A stretch of 63,623 nucleotides of DNA, counting the filler. It is 4 parts of 4 records of this genome, joined end to end, with 100 filler letters (N's around TTAATTAATTAA, not from the genome) between each part and the next. Parts side by side here need not be neighbours in the genome. Positions count along the whole stretch, not along the records: positions 1 to 29,136 come from SRR20825006_2567; 3 more parts are not named here. One strand, written 5' to 3'. How positions within the stretch are numbered: the first letter of the stretch is position 1; each line of letters starts with the position of its first letter. This document shows positions 8,758 through 18,793 of the stretch, in pieces. The position numbers were made by a program, and so were the translations under genes. The notes beneath the pieces were generated by a model. That model was not told the origin of the DNA. It was given only the letters and a program-made list of their open reading frames with translations, and did not search any database.

Positions 8758-10244
8758 TTCTTGAATCTATAATCATCATAATTTATTCTATTGCCCTTCT
8801 CCTCATATTTATGTATGCTTTGGCGCAATTAAACCTGCTTTTTAATTATTTGAAAGCACGAAAAAAGCAGCAAACAGGACCCACTTTCAATTTTTCTAAT
8901 GAAAAAGAAATTCCTTTAGTTACAATTCAGTTGCCAGTTTACAATGAACTTTATGTAATGGATCGGCTGTTAAAAAACATTGCTGAGATTGATTATCCTA
9001 CAGAGAAATTAGAAATACAAGTACTTGATGATAGCACAGATGAATCGCTTGCAGAGACTGCAATACACATTCGTGAGCTTCAAAAAACTGGCTTAGATAT
9101 AAAACATATTACTAGAGAGAATCGCGAAGGTTTTAAAGCGGGTGCGTTAAAAGAAGGGTTGATAACTGCAAAAGGAGAATATATTGCAATATTTGATGCA
9201 GATTTTCTTCCTAAGAAAAATTGGTTAAAAAACACAGTTCCCTATTTTAAAGACCCAAAAATAGGAGTGGTTCAAACCCGTTGGGGACACTTAAACCGTG
9301 ATTATTCAATCCTTACTCGAATACAAGCTTTTGCATTAGATGCGCATTTTACGCTAGAACAAGTAGGTAGAAACAGCAAAGGGCATTTTATAAACTTCAA
9401 TGGAACTGCTGGTGTTTGGAGAAAAGAATGCATCCTCGATGCCGGAAACTGGGAAGGCGACACCCTTACTGAAGATTTAGATTTAAGTTATAGAGCGCAA
9501 CTAAAAAAATGGAAATTTAAGTATTTAGAGGAAGTTGTAACGCCTGCAGAACTTCCTATGGTAATTAGTGCAGCGCGTTCACAGCAATTTAGGTGGAATA
9601 AAGGAGGAGCTGAAAACTTTCAGAAAATGGCTTGGCGTGTTTTTAAAAGCAAAAATGTTTCACGTAAAACTAAAATACATAGTTTTTTGCATCTGCTAAA
9701 TAGCACAATGTTTTTGAATATTTTAATCGTTGCCATTTTAAGCATTCCTATGCTGTATATTAAAAATGAATACGACCATTTAAAAGTGTATTTTTTTGCA
9801 ATGAGCTTTTTTGTAATAAGCACCCTCATCTTTTTTATATGCTATTGGTTTACTTTTAAAACTATTTATGGCGGAGGATTTAAGCAATTCTTGAAGTATA
9901 TTGGAATGTTTTTCGCATTTTTTTCTGTTGCTATGGGATTTTCATTACATAATTCTATAGCCGTCCTAGAAGGACATTTTGGAAAGCGGAGTGATTTTAT
10001 TCGAACTCCAAAATTTAATATCGATAGCTTAAAAGGCAGTTGGAAAGACAATAAATACTTAACCAAAAATATTTCATCAAGTGTAATTATTGAAGGAATA
10101 TTAATGCTTTATTTTGCTTTTGGAATGTATAGCGCTTTTATTGTAGGCAATCAAGGAGGCGATTTTGGTTTATTTCCTTTTCACTTAATGCTTTGTGTTG
10201 GATTTGGATTTGTATTTTTCTCCTCTTTAAAATCTCCAGATTAA
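8754..10244 (+). CDS. Processive GT2, cellulose-synthase-like (CslA/CslC-like)
   Basis: VTIQLPVYNE, QVLDDSTD, GFKAGAL, IFDADF, FNGTAGVWR, TEDLDL and QQFRW (D,D,D,QxxRW); C-terminal TM helices; ATGA overlap with the upstream GT2. Confidence 0.88.
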   Translation: MILESIIIIIYSIALLLIFMYALAQLNLLFNYLKARKKQQTGPTFNFSNEKEIPLVTIQLPVYNELYVMDRLLKNIAEIDYPTEKLEIQVLDDSTDESLAETAIHIRELQKTGLDIKHITRENREGFKAGALKEGLITAKGEYIAIFDADFLPKKNWLKNTVPYFKDPKIGVVQTRWGHLNRDYSILTRIQAFALDAHFTLEQVGRNSKGHFINFNGTAGVWRKECILDAGNWEGDTLTEDLDLSYRAQLKKWKFKYLEEVVTPAELPMVISAARSQQFRWNKGGAENFQKMAWRVFKSKNVSRKTKIHSFLHLLNSTMFLNILIVAILSIPMLYIKNEYDHLKVYFFAMSFFVISTLIFFICYWFTFKTIYGGGFKQFLKYIGMFFAFFSVAMGFSLHNSIAVLEGHFGKRSDFIRTPKFNIDSLKGSWKDNKYLTKNISSSVIIEGILMLYFAFGMYSAFIVGNQGGDFGLFPFHLMLCVGFGFVFFSSLKSPD

Positions 10245-10250
10245 CGTATT

Positions 10251-11171
10251 TTATTTTCTTGTAGATGAAATAAATTGCTGTGGAGTCATTAATTCTAATT
10301 TTTTAAATTGACGGTTAAAATAGCTCACATTATTAAATCCTGATTTAAATGCAATTTCAGAAATAAGCATATTTTTATTTTCTTTCATCAACCTTTTAGC
10401 AAATTTAATTTTTTCAGAATTCATAAAATCTATTGGTGATATTCCTAATGTGTTTTTAAATTTTTTATGAAAACTGGAAGAACTCATAAAAGCTTTTGCA
10501 GCCAATTGTTCAACATTTATACTCCGATCGGTTAAATTTTCCTTTATATACTTTACTACAGAGCCAATTCGTGTATCATTAAAAATATCTAAGGTATCGT
10601 TTAGAATACTTTGCTTGGCTTTGGTTTGAAGTAAACGTACTATCAATTCCTGAATCATTAAATCTAACAATACATCTTTTGAAGTTGAATTGTGTGTAAA
10701 AGTGGTAAGCAATCGGTCTATTAAATAATTTACTTCTAATTGATTTGTTAAATGTGATGCAGTCCCTTTATCTAAATTCCAATTGTTGTTTTCGTCTTCA
10801 ATAGCCACCAATTGATTGAATTTAAAAGCAACCTCATTTATTTTTTCAGGATCTATACCTAATGCCAAACATTGAGTTGGACTATCAGGCCTTGCAATAG
10901 GAAAATCAATAATCATCTCCTCATTAGCAGGCATTACTACAGATTCTCCTGGTAAAAATTCAAAATCGGGTATGTTTTTTAAATGCATAATTTTTTTTCC
11001 AGTAAGCATACTTGCTATTACAGGAAACTCGAATGTAAGCGAAATTTTTTCTGCCATTTTATGAGTTTCAAAAACATTCAGCTCTGCATAGGCAGCATTA
11101 TAAGTAGTGCGATTTTCTACCAGAGTATAAATTTTACGGCTTTCTCTATGTTTTCGAAGGGAATGATTCAT
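10251..11171 (-). CDS. AraC-family transcriptional regulator
   Basis: C-terminal HTH pair (SFHKKFKNTLGISP; IAFKSGFNNVSYFNRQFKK). ATG at 11171 preferred over the longer ORF start. Confidence 0.9.
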   Translation of the reverse strand: MNHSLRKHRESRKIYTLVENRTTYNAAYAELNVFETHKMAEKISLTFEFPVIASMLTGKKIMHLKNIPDFEFLPGESVVMPANEEMIIDFPIARPDSPTQCLALGIDPEKINEVAFKFNQLVAIEDENNNWNLDKGTASHLTNQLEVNYLIDRLLTTFTHNSTSKDVLLDLMIQELIVRLLQTKAKQSILNDTLDIFNDTRIGSVVKYIKENLTDRSINVEQLAAKAFMSSSSFHKKFKNTLGISPIDFMNSEKIKFAKRLMKENKNMLISEIAFKSGFNNVSYFNRQFKKLELMTPQQFISSTRK

Positions 11172-11321
11172 ACTCAATATTACGAAAAAATCAGCTATAC
11201 CAAACACAAATGCAGAAATGTGTTATGTTTTGACAGAATCGTTCAATTAATTATTGAAATATCAAAATATCTTTAGAAAAATTATAATAATCACATTATT
11301 AACCTTTTAAAATTAATTTTT

Positions 11322-12845
11322 ATGAGCAATATTCAAACAGATACAGGAAAAACATTTGAAAAACCAAAATTTAAAGATACCTATGACAATTTTATAGGTG
11401 GAAAATGGGTTGCACCTACAAAGGGTGAATACTTTGAAAGCATATCGCCTGTAGATGGAAATAAATTTACAAAAGTAGCTCGTTCATCAGAAGAAGATAT
11501 AGATAAAGCTATTGATGCCGCATGGGAAGCAGCAGCAAGTTGGAATAAAACATCTGCAACAGTAAGAAGTAATATGCTTCTTAAAATAGCCGATAAAATT
11601 GAACAAAATATTGAAATTTTGGCAAGAGCAGAAACATGGGATAATGGGAAACCCTTACGTGAAACTACAGCTGCGGATCTTCCGTTGGCAGTAGATCATT
11701 TTCGTTATTTTGCAGGAGTAATTCGTGCTGAAGAAGGCGGTGCTAGTGAGCTTGATGAAAATACAGTCTCCCTTAATATTTGGGAGCCATTAGGTGTGGT
11801 AGGGCAAATAATACCTTGGAATTTCCCACTTTTAATGGCAACTTGGAAACTTGCTCCGGCTTTAGCTGCAGGAAACTGTGTTGTATTAAAACCCGCTGAG
11901 CAAACCCCTGTTGGCATCATGATTCTTGCAGAATTAATACAAGATATTCTTCCTGCAGGCGTACTAAATATTGTAAATGGGTTTGGCCTAGAAGCAGGAA
12001 AGCCATTAGCATCAAGTTCGCGAATTAATAAAATTGCCTTTACTGGCGAAACAACTACAGGTCAGTTAATAATGCAATATGCTTCAAAAAATATCATCCC
12101 AGTTACTTTAGAGCTTGGTGGGAAATCCCCAAATATCTTCTTTAAAAGTATTATGGATGCAGATGATGACTTCTTTGATAAAGCAATTGAGGGCGCTGTA
12201 CTTTTCGCATTTAACCAAGGAGAAGTCTGTACAAGCCCATCACGGATTTTGATAGAAGAAAGCATTTATGAAGACTTTATAACCCGCGTTGTTGAACGAA
12301 CAAAAGCAATAAAAATTGGTCATCCTTTAGATCCAGAAACCATGATGGGAGCACAAGCATCTAGCGACCAATTTGAGAAAATATTAAACTATCTTAAAAT
12401 TGGAAAAGAAGAAGGATGTGAAATATTAACCGGAGGTGATGCCGCATACAATGAAGGATTAGAAGGTGGCTATTATGTGCAACCAACCATTTTTAAAGGC
12501 AATAATAAAATGAGAGTGTTTCAAGAAGAAATTTTCGGTCCTGTGGTATGTGTTACTACCTTTAAAGATGAAAAAGAAGCAATTGAAATAGCAAACGATA
12601 CATTATATGGCTTAGGTGCAGGTGTATGGACACGAGATATGCACCAAGCTTATCAAGTTGCAAGGCAAGTTAAAGCAGGCCGTGTTTGGGTAAATAATTA
12701 TCATGCATATCCAGCACACGCTCCTTTTGGTGGTTATAAAAAATCTGGAATTGGTCGAGAAAACCATAAAATGATGTTAGATCATTACAGGCAAACTAAA
12801 AACATGTTAATCTCCTATGATAAAAAGAAACTAGGCTTCTTTTAA
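11322..12845 (+). CDS. aldB: Aldehyde dehydrogenase (AldB/acetaldehyde dehydrogenase type)
   Basis: [39 protein letters not shown] and [13 protein letters not shown] motifs. Confidence 0.9.
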   Translation: MSNIQTDTGKTFEKPKFKDTYDNFIGGKWVAPTKGEYFESISPVDGNKFTKVARSSEEDIDKAIDAAWEAAASWNKTSATVRSNMLLKIADKIEQNIEILARAETWDNGKPLRETTAADLPLAVDHFRYFAGVIRAEEGGASELDENTVSLNIWEPLGVVGQIIPWNFPLLMATWKLAPALAAGNCVVLKPAEQTPVGIMILAELIQDILPAGVLNIVNGFGLEAGKPLASSSRINKIAFTGETTTGQLIMQYASKNIIPVTLELGGKSPNIFFKSIMDADDDFFDKAIEGAVLFAFNQGEVCTSPSRILIEESIYEDFITRVVERTKAIKIGHPLDPETMMGAQASSDQFEKILNYLKIGKEEGCEILTGGDAAYNEGLEGGYYVQPTIFKGNNKMRVFQEEIFGPVVCVTTFKDEKEAIEIANDTLYGLGAGVWTRDMHQAYQVARQVKAGRVWVNNYHAYPAHAPFGGYKKSGIGRENHKMMLDHYRQTKNMLISYDKKKLGFF

Positions 12846-12863
12846 TTGTTATTTATAAGAGAC

Positions 12864-12896
12864 TGGTGTCCGTGCAATTAAACCGCAAGGACACCA
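12864..12896 (+). other. Intergenic stem-loop without U-tract between aldB and DUF779
   Basis: TGGTGTCC...GGACACCA 8-bp arms plus inner TGC/GCA pairing. Confidence 0.55.
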
Positions 12897-12921
12897 TTAT
12901 TAATATTTAAACTCACAAATT

Positions 12922-13317
12922 ATGTTGAAGCAAGTAGAAATTACAGAAAGAGCAGCTGAAGTTTTACAGACATTAAAAGAAAAACATGGAGAATTAATCT
13001 TTCATCAAAGTGGGGGTTGTTGTGATGGTTCAGCACCAATGCTACTGAAAAAAGATGAGTTTTACCTCGATGCAAATGATATTCAACTTGGTATTGTTGA
13101 AAAAGTAAACTTTTATATGAGCAAAGATCAGTATGCGTATTGGAAACACACTCATTTAACGGTAGATATTACAAAAGGTAGAGGCGCCAGCTTTTCTTTA
13201 GAAATACCTTTAGGACTTCGTTTTTTAATAAAGTCAAGGTTATTTACAGAAAAGGAAAAAGATTATTTCACTAAAACCGACTTTTTGGAAAGCAATAGAA
13301 AAAATCACATTGTTTAG
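12922..13317 (+). CDS. DUF779-family protein
   Basis: FHQSGGCCDGSAPM and GRGASFSLE motifs; usual position after aldB. Confidence 0.88.
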   Translation: MLKQVEITERAAEVLQTLKEKHGELIFHQSGGCCDGSAPMLLKKDEFYLDANDIQLGIVEKVNFYMSKDQYAYWKHTHLTVDITKGRGASFSLEIPLGLRFLIKSRLFTEKEKDYFTKTDFLESNRKNHIV

Positions 13318-13335
13318 TATCTTAGTGCTTCAAAA

Positions 13336-13941
13336 ATGAAGCAAATGTATCCACCTCCACATCATCAATCTGATGAAATTTCTAAAATGATCTCGGTAAT
13401 CAAACAATTTCCTTTGGGAATGTTGGTTACAGCAAAGGAGGGAAAACCATATATAACCCACATTCCGTTTATTTATAACGAAAACACCCAGAAGCTGGTT
13501 GCGCATATAGACCGTAATAACCCACAATTGGAAACATTACAAGATAATACAGAAGTTTTAGTAGTATTTAAAGGTCCAGACAGCTACATTTCGCCTAGCG
13601 TTTATACCACACCGCAATTACCTACTTGGAATTATATTATTGTTCATCTAACTGGAATAATTAAATTAATTCACGAACCCGTGGCAGCAAAGCAAACAAT
13701 GGTTGCCATGACCGAGTTTTTGGAAGGAGAAACACAAAAATTTATTCTAAAAAAAGACGATTCAAGAATGGATCTCCTAATAAATTATATACAGGCATTT
13801 GAAATTGAAATAACCAATTGGGAAGGAAAATTTAAACTTTCGCAAGATAAAAACACACCCGATTTTGAAAATGCGAAACAGGAATTAATAAAAAAATCCA
13901 GAAAGGATATCTCTGGATTTATTAATGAAATTTATAAGTGA
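13336..13941 (+). CDS. PaiB-like FMN-binding split-barrel protein
   Basis: MYPP start, HIDRNNPQ, GPDSYISPS, PTWNY and GKFKLSQ motifs. Confidence 0.85.
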   Translation: MKQMYPPPHHQSDEISKMISVIKQFPLGMLVTAKEGKPYITHIPFIYNENTQKLVAHIDRNNPQLETLQDNTEVLVVFKGPDSYISPSVYTTPQLPTWNYIIVHLTGIIKLIHEPVAAKQTMVAMTEFLEGETQKFILKKDDSRMDLLINYIQAFEIEITNWEGKFKLSQDKNTPDFENAKQELIKKSRKDISGFINEIYK

Positions 13942-13972
13942 AATATAATCTCACATAGTAGTAACCTTATTT

Positions 13973-15328
13973 CTATTTTAAATACCCCTTCACCTCCTCA
14001 AAATCCAAACCACCATAATTACCACTACTCATTAAAAGCAAGCACGTATTTTCATAATCCTGTGAAAAAAGATAGGTTTTAAAATCTGCTGGGTTGGTGA
14101 AAACCACTAAATCATCACGATCAAAAGCTGCATCAATCTGCTCTCCTTTTATTTCTTCCAACTGTTTTATCATCACAGCATGTGGTGAATAAAAAACTAC
14201 GGCGGTATCTGCTGCATCTAGCGTTCCTTTGTATTCCTTTAAAAACTGAGGATTTAGACTGCTATATGTATGCAATTCTAAACAAGCTACTAATTTCCTA
14301 TCAGGGTATTGGCTTTTTACGGCTTGTGTTGTTGCCTTCACTTTGCTTGGTGAATGGGCGTAATCTTTATAAGCCACAGCAGTTTTAGTTTCAGCAATTT
14401 TTTCAAGACGTTTGCTGGCTCCTTTAAAAGTCGCAATTGCTTCATAAAAATCTTCCGCATCAACACCCATTAATTGGCAAATCCATCGTGCGCCTTCAAG
14501 ATTGTTTAAGTTGTGTTTCCCAAAAATTTCAACAGGCATTGGTCCTTCAGGAGTTTCTAAAAGTGTAGTTCCGTTTTCAACTGAATATTCAGGGGTTTGG
14601 TATGGATATTTTTTTATGTGATTTGTTGAATTTTCAACCACACGCTTAACTTCAGCGTCTTCTTCGTTATAAATAATAGCACCGCCATTAGTTATTTCAT
14701 TTAGAAAAATTTCAAACTGCTCTACATAGTTTTCATACGTAGGAAAAACATTAATATGATCCCAAGCAATACCGCTTAAAAGTGCAATATTTGGTTTATA
14801 AAGGTGAAATTTGGGGCGACGATCTATAGGTGAGGAAAGGTATTCATCGCCTTCAATAACCATAAAATCTGCGGTATCGGTTATTTTAACCATGGTATCA
14901 AAACCTTCCAGCTGTGCACCAACCATATAATCTACTTCCTTACCATTATAATTCATAACGTGCAGAATCATAGAAGTAATTGTGGTTTTCCCGTGTGAAC
15001 CACCAATAACAACACGTGTTTTATTTTTTGATTGTTCATATAGAAATTCAGGGTAGCTGTATATTTTTAGTCCAAGTTCTTTCGCTTTTAAAAGTTCGGA
15101 ATTATTTTCTTTGGCGTGCATTCCAAGAATTACAGCATCAATATCTGTTGTTAATTTTTCTGGAAACCAACCTTCCTTTTCGGGTAAAAGACCTTTATTT
15201 TTGAGTCTACTACGTGAAGGTTCAAAAATGGCATCATCACTTCCAGTTATCTGTTCTCCTTTTTGGTGTAGTGCCAACGCAAGATTGTGCATCGCGCTGC
15301 CGCCAATGGCTATAAAATGAATTTTCAT
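13973..15328 (-). CDS. mpl: Mur ligase, murein peptide ligase Mpl-like
   Basis: IHFIAIGGSAMHNLA, GSHGKTT, EGDEY, WDH and DYAHSP motifs. Confidence 0.8.
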   Translation of the reverse strand: MKIHFIAIGGSAMHNLALALHQKGEQITGSDDAIFEPSRSRLKNKGLLPEKEGWFPEKLTTDIDAVILGMHAKENNSELLKAKELGLKIYSYPEFLYEQSKNKTRVVIGGSHGKTTITSMILHVMNYNGKEVDYMVGAQLEGFDTMVKITDTADFMVIEGDEYLSSPIDRRPKFHLYKPNIALLSGIAWDHINVFPTYENYVEQFEIFLNEITNGGAIIYNEEDAEVKRVVENSTNHIKKYPYQTPEYSVENGTTLLETPEGPMPVEIFGKHNLNNLEGARWICQLMGVDAEDFYEAIATFKGASKRLEKIAETKTAVAYKDYAHSPSKVKATTQAVKSQYPDRKLVACLELHTYSSLNPQFLKEYKGTLDAADTAVVFYSPHAVMIKQLEEIKGEQIDAAFDRDDLVVFTNPADFKTYLFSQDYENTCLLLMSSGNYGGLDFEEVKGYLK

Positions 15329-15374
15329 ATTTTAATTGAAAAGTTTATGTAAAGTTACTTTTTCTAAATCTTAA

Positions 15375-16349
15375 TTAAAGTGCCAAGATTAGGGATTTTT
15401 CTTGAAGTGCTTCTTTAAAATCGGCTCGGTCCATCAAAGCTTTATTTATCCAAGTAAGTGCAATTTCTTTTTTACCCAGATTTTTATAAATCTGCGCCAA
15501 TCGGTAATATGCCCAATCTTTAGGAACACCATCTTTAATGGAATAATTCGCCAAATACTGACTTAAACACGCAATCCCGTATTCCGATTCTAAATTATAT
15601 TGTGCTGAAATCTTCCCGATTTGATAATTCAATTGGTTGCGTTTATGAATTTTTAAAGCTTTTGAAGTAGTTTCTAACGCTTCTTTAGGTTGATTGTTTT
15701 TTTCATAAAGGCTGGAAAGTTTTTCATAGGTATGCGCAGAACCGCCAACCTCAATAGCTTTTTTGTAATACCGTTCCGCATCCTTAGGTCTGTCGGTATA
15801 TTCTGCAATATACCCGTTAGCGAGATAGCCATCAACCTCTGATATTTTACCTAATTCCTCTGCATAGCTGATTGCTTTGTTTTCACTTCCACCAAAAATT
15901 CCGGGGAGTTGAATATAAAATTCCACCAACGCCCAACGGGTTTCTATGTGTTTTGGATCGAGCTTTGCCGCCGTTTCCAGTTCATTTTTAATATCGCCAA
16001 TATAGGTTACAGCACGAATTTTGCTTAATGACATTGCCTTCATCCCCATAGCGCCACCATATTTAAAATGATAGTTGGCGTTGGTAACCTCATCATTCAC
16101 TAAAGCTTTGAAATATGAAATCGCAGTATCCCATTCTTTGGAATAAGCCGCGATGTCGCCCAAATATTCGCGTGTTTTTTTATCGTTTGGATGTTGCTTT
16201 AAGAAATTTTCAAAAATAGGTTTTGCTTGGTTGAATTTTTCCTGTTTGAAATATTCTTCCGCTTGTTTATAGTCGGTTTGGGCAACTATACATAGAGGAA
16301 GGAGGAATAAAATAAGTGTTGTTTTACAGAAATAACTAATCAAATTCAA
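15375..16349 (-). CDS. Exported tetratricopeptide-repeat protein
   Basis: Signal peptide-like N-terminus and repeated TPR-like helices (EYLGDIA, YYRLAQIYKNLG). Confidence 0.75.
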   Translation of the reverse strand: MNLISYFCKTTLILFLLPLCIVAQTDYKQAEEYFKQEKFNQAKPIFENFLKQHPNDKKTREYLGDIAAYSKEWDTAISYFKALVNDEVTNANYHFKYGGAMGMKAMSLSKIRAVTYIGDIKNELETAAKLDPKHIETRWALVEFYIQLPGIFGGSENKAISYAEELGKISEVDGYLANGYIAEYTDRPKDAERYYKKAIEVGGSAHTYEKLSSLYEKNNQPKEALETTSKALKIHKRNQLNYQIGKISAQYNLESEYGIACLSQYLANYSIKDGVPKDWAYYRLAQIYKNLGKKEIALTWINKALMDRADFKEALQEKSLILAL

Positions 16350-16363
16350 AATTTAAGGTTCTA

Positions 16364-16388
16364 CCCTTCGACTGCGCTCAGGATGACA
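16364..16388. repeat. Single REP-like interspersed repeat unit (CCCTTCGACTGCGCTCAGGATGACA)
   Basis: GC-rich 25-mer in an AT-rich intergenic gap. It resembles a short repeat family I recognise from Bacteroidota intergenic regions. Only one copy is in the window. Confidence 0.55.
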
Positions 16389-16423
16389 AATTAAAAAAAT
16401 TACTAAATGCTATTGAAAATTTC

Positions 16424-16945
16424 CTACTTTTTCCCCGGCGGATATTTAGCAAGAATTTTTTGGATTACAGAAATATAGTACGCTTCCTTTTGTAATGGCG
16501 TTGCACGTTCTTTCATTTCGCCATCAGCAACAGCTTGCCAAACAAGATCGTCTTTTTCAGTGTCAATAAAATCTAAAGTCAATTGTTGGTTTATAACTTT
16601 TCCGCCAATGGGAATCCCACCGCTAACACCAACACCCAAATTACCACCGCCACCACCAATACCAATACCGATGGTGTTTCGGGAGTTTGTAAGGCTTTCT
16701 CTTGCAAAAAAGTTGATATACAATTGTGGTGTTTCACTTTTTATAAACCCACGTTGTTGCATTAAACTGTCGGTAATTTGCATAATACGGTTATCATCCA
16801 ACTCATTAAGTCCAGAGTCTATTGTTGGAAAATAATTATAGCTAGAGTATTTTGAAAAATCTATTTTCTTGTCATAATCTACAGCGACAGTAGTGCCACA
16901 AGAGACAAGAAATATGCTAAATATAAAAATAGAGAGTAGCTTCAT
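16424..16945 (-). CDS. DUF4136-family lipoprotein
   Basis: Lipobox LVSC, VDYDK..FSKY, Gly-rich GIGIGGGG, LVWQA and ILAKYPP. ATG at 16945 preferred. Confidence 0.8.
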   Translation of the reverse strand: MKLLSIFIFSIFLVSCGTTVAVDYDKKIDFSKYSSYNYFPTIDSGLNELDDNRIMQITDSLMQQRGFIKSETPQLYINFFARESLTNSRNTIGIGIGGGGGNLGVGVSGGIPIGGKVINQQLTLDFIDTEKDDLVWQAVADGEMKERATPLQKEAYYISVIQKILAKYPPGKK

Positions 16946-17047
16946 TGCGTTTATCTTTTCATTAAAAATACGCAAAAATGATGCCTTTAGTTTTAAAATA
17001 TGCTTAAAATATTCGCTAAAGCTATTTTATACTTCAACTTCAGATTT

Positions 17048-18046
17048 TTAATTAAGCATCGCCCAAAGTTTATCCTTCAACTCGGTCAATCCTTGGTGAG
17101 CAACAGATGAAATAAATAAATATGGAATTCCCTTAAATTCTTTATCTAGGATTTTTTTCATTTCGGCTTTTAGCTCATCGTCTAGCATATCGCTTTTACT
17201 AATGGCCACCAAACGTTCTTTGTCTAAAAGTTGCGGATTGTAACGACGCAGTTCATCTACCAAAATCTCGTATTGTTCCTTAATGTCTGGCGCATCTGCA
17301 GGAACCAAGAATAACAGGGTAGAATTTCGTTCTATATGTCGAAGAAATCTATGACCAATTCCCTTGCCTTCGGCAGCACCTTCAATAATTCCAGGAATAT
17401 CTGCCACTACAAAGGTTTTGAAGTCACGGTATTCCACTATCCCCAAGTTAGGTTTTAGGGTTGTAAATTCATAATTGGCAATTTTTGGTTTTGCTGCGGT
17501 AATTACAGATAGTAATGTGGATTTTCCAGCATTCGGAAAACCTACCAAACCTACATCTGCAAGGATTTTTAGCTCAAGAATAACATCAGCTTCTACGCCT
17601 TCTTCACCAGGTTGTGAGTAGCGAGGTGTTTGGTTGGTTGCAGTTTTAAAATGTGCATTTCCTAAACCCCCACGCCCCCCTTTGGCAACAATTTTCTCTT
17701 CACCATCTTCGGTGAGTTCAAAAAGTATTTCTTCGGTTTCCTTATCACGTATTACGGTGCCAAGTGGCACTTCAATATAGGCATCGGCGCCATCAGCTCC
17801 GGTACTTGTTTGCTTACTTCCGTGCTCGCCGTGTTCGGCTTTAAAGTGTCTTTTAAATTTAAGATGGTAAAGCGTCCAAAGATTTTTATTCGCCTTAACA
17901 ATTACGTGACCTCCACGACCGCCATCACCCCCATCGGGCCCACCTTTGGGAATATATTTTTCCCGCCTCATGTGCTTACTACCTTGACCTCCTTTTCCGG
18001 AAGTAACATGGATTTTTACGTAATCTACAAAATTGCCTTCAGTCAC
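17048..18046 (-). CDS. obgE: GTPase ObgE/CgtA
   Basis: [25 protein letters not shown] and DIPGIIEGA motifs; GTG start. Confidence 0.97.
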   Translation of the reverse strand: MTEGNFVDYVKIHVTSGKGGQGSKHMRREKYIPKGGPDGGDGGRGGHVIVKANKNLWTLYHLKFKRHFKAEHGEHGSKQTSTGADGADAYIEVPLGTVIRDKETEEILFELTEDGEEKIVAKGGRGGLGNAHFKTATNQTPRYSQPGEEGVEADVILELKILADVGLVGFPNAGKSTLLSVITAAKPKIANYEFTTLKPNLGIVEYRDFKTFVVADIPGIIEGAAEGKGIGHRFLRHIERNSTLLFLVPADAPDIKEQYEILVDELRRYNPQLLDKERLVAISKSDMLDDELKAEMKKILDKEFKGIPYLFISSVAHQGLTELKDKLWAMLN

Positions 18047-18086
18047 TTTTTAGTATTATTTATTGCTATTCTTTAATTTGGAAATG

Positions 18087-18659
18087 CTACAATTTATCAA
18101 TAACCTCACTTAAGCGTTCGGTGATTTCTGTAATGCTTCCTACGCCATCAACTCCAAAATATTTATCTTGGTTTTCGTAATAGTTTTTTAGAATTGCGGT
18201 TTCGTTATAATAAACTTTTATACGATTACGGATAATACTTTCATCAGCATCATCTGCTCTACCACTGGTTTTACCTCTTTCTAAAAGGCGCTTTACCAAT
18301 ACCTCATCGTCAACTTCTAAAGCTACCATTGCATTAATTTGCGAATCTTTATCGTCCATTAAATGCCCCAATGCTTCTGCTTGCGCTTCAGTACGTGGAA
18401 AACCATCAAATATAAAACCATTAGCATCTGGATTTTTATCCACTTCATTGCTAAGCATATCGATAGTAATTTCATCTGGCACCAGTTTTCCTTTGTTCAT
18501 AAAGGATTTAGCTAGTTTCCCTAAGTCGGTTTCATTCTTGATATTGAATCTAAAAACGTCGCCAGTAGAAATATGTACCAAATTATATTTTTCTTTCAAA
18601 AAATTAGCCTGAGTGCCTTTCCCTGCACCGGGAGGACCAAACAAAATTATATTTGTCAT
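18087..18659 (-). CDS. adk: Adenylate kinase
   Basis: GPPGAGKGTQA, HISTGD, GFIFDGFPRT and GRADD motifs. Confidence 0.97.
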   Translation of the reverse strand: MTNIILFGPPGAGKGTQANFLKEKYNLVHISTGDVFRFNIKNETDLGKLAKSFMNKGKLVPDEITIDMLSNEVDKNPDANGFIFDGFPRTEAQAEALGHLMDDKDSQINAMVALEVDDEVLVKRLLERGKTSGRADDADESIIRNRIKVYYNETAILKNYYENQDKYFGVDGVGSITEITERLSEVIDKL

Positions 18660-18692
18660 GTGTGAAGTTTAATGAATAAAAAATTGAAGTTG

Positions 18693-18700
18693 CAAATTTA
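18693..18700 (-). promoter_or_regulatory. Bacteroidota housekeeping promoter -7 element for adk-obgE
   Basis: TAAATTTG on the minus strand matches TAnnTTTG, about 35 nt upstream of adk. Confidence 0.6.
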
Positions 18701-18793
18701 CGAAATATAAGGGAGTTGGACTTAAAAGCCAATAGAAATATACAAATGGATTTTTTTTAACTAATGCATGCGAGATACTTCAATTCATTTACG

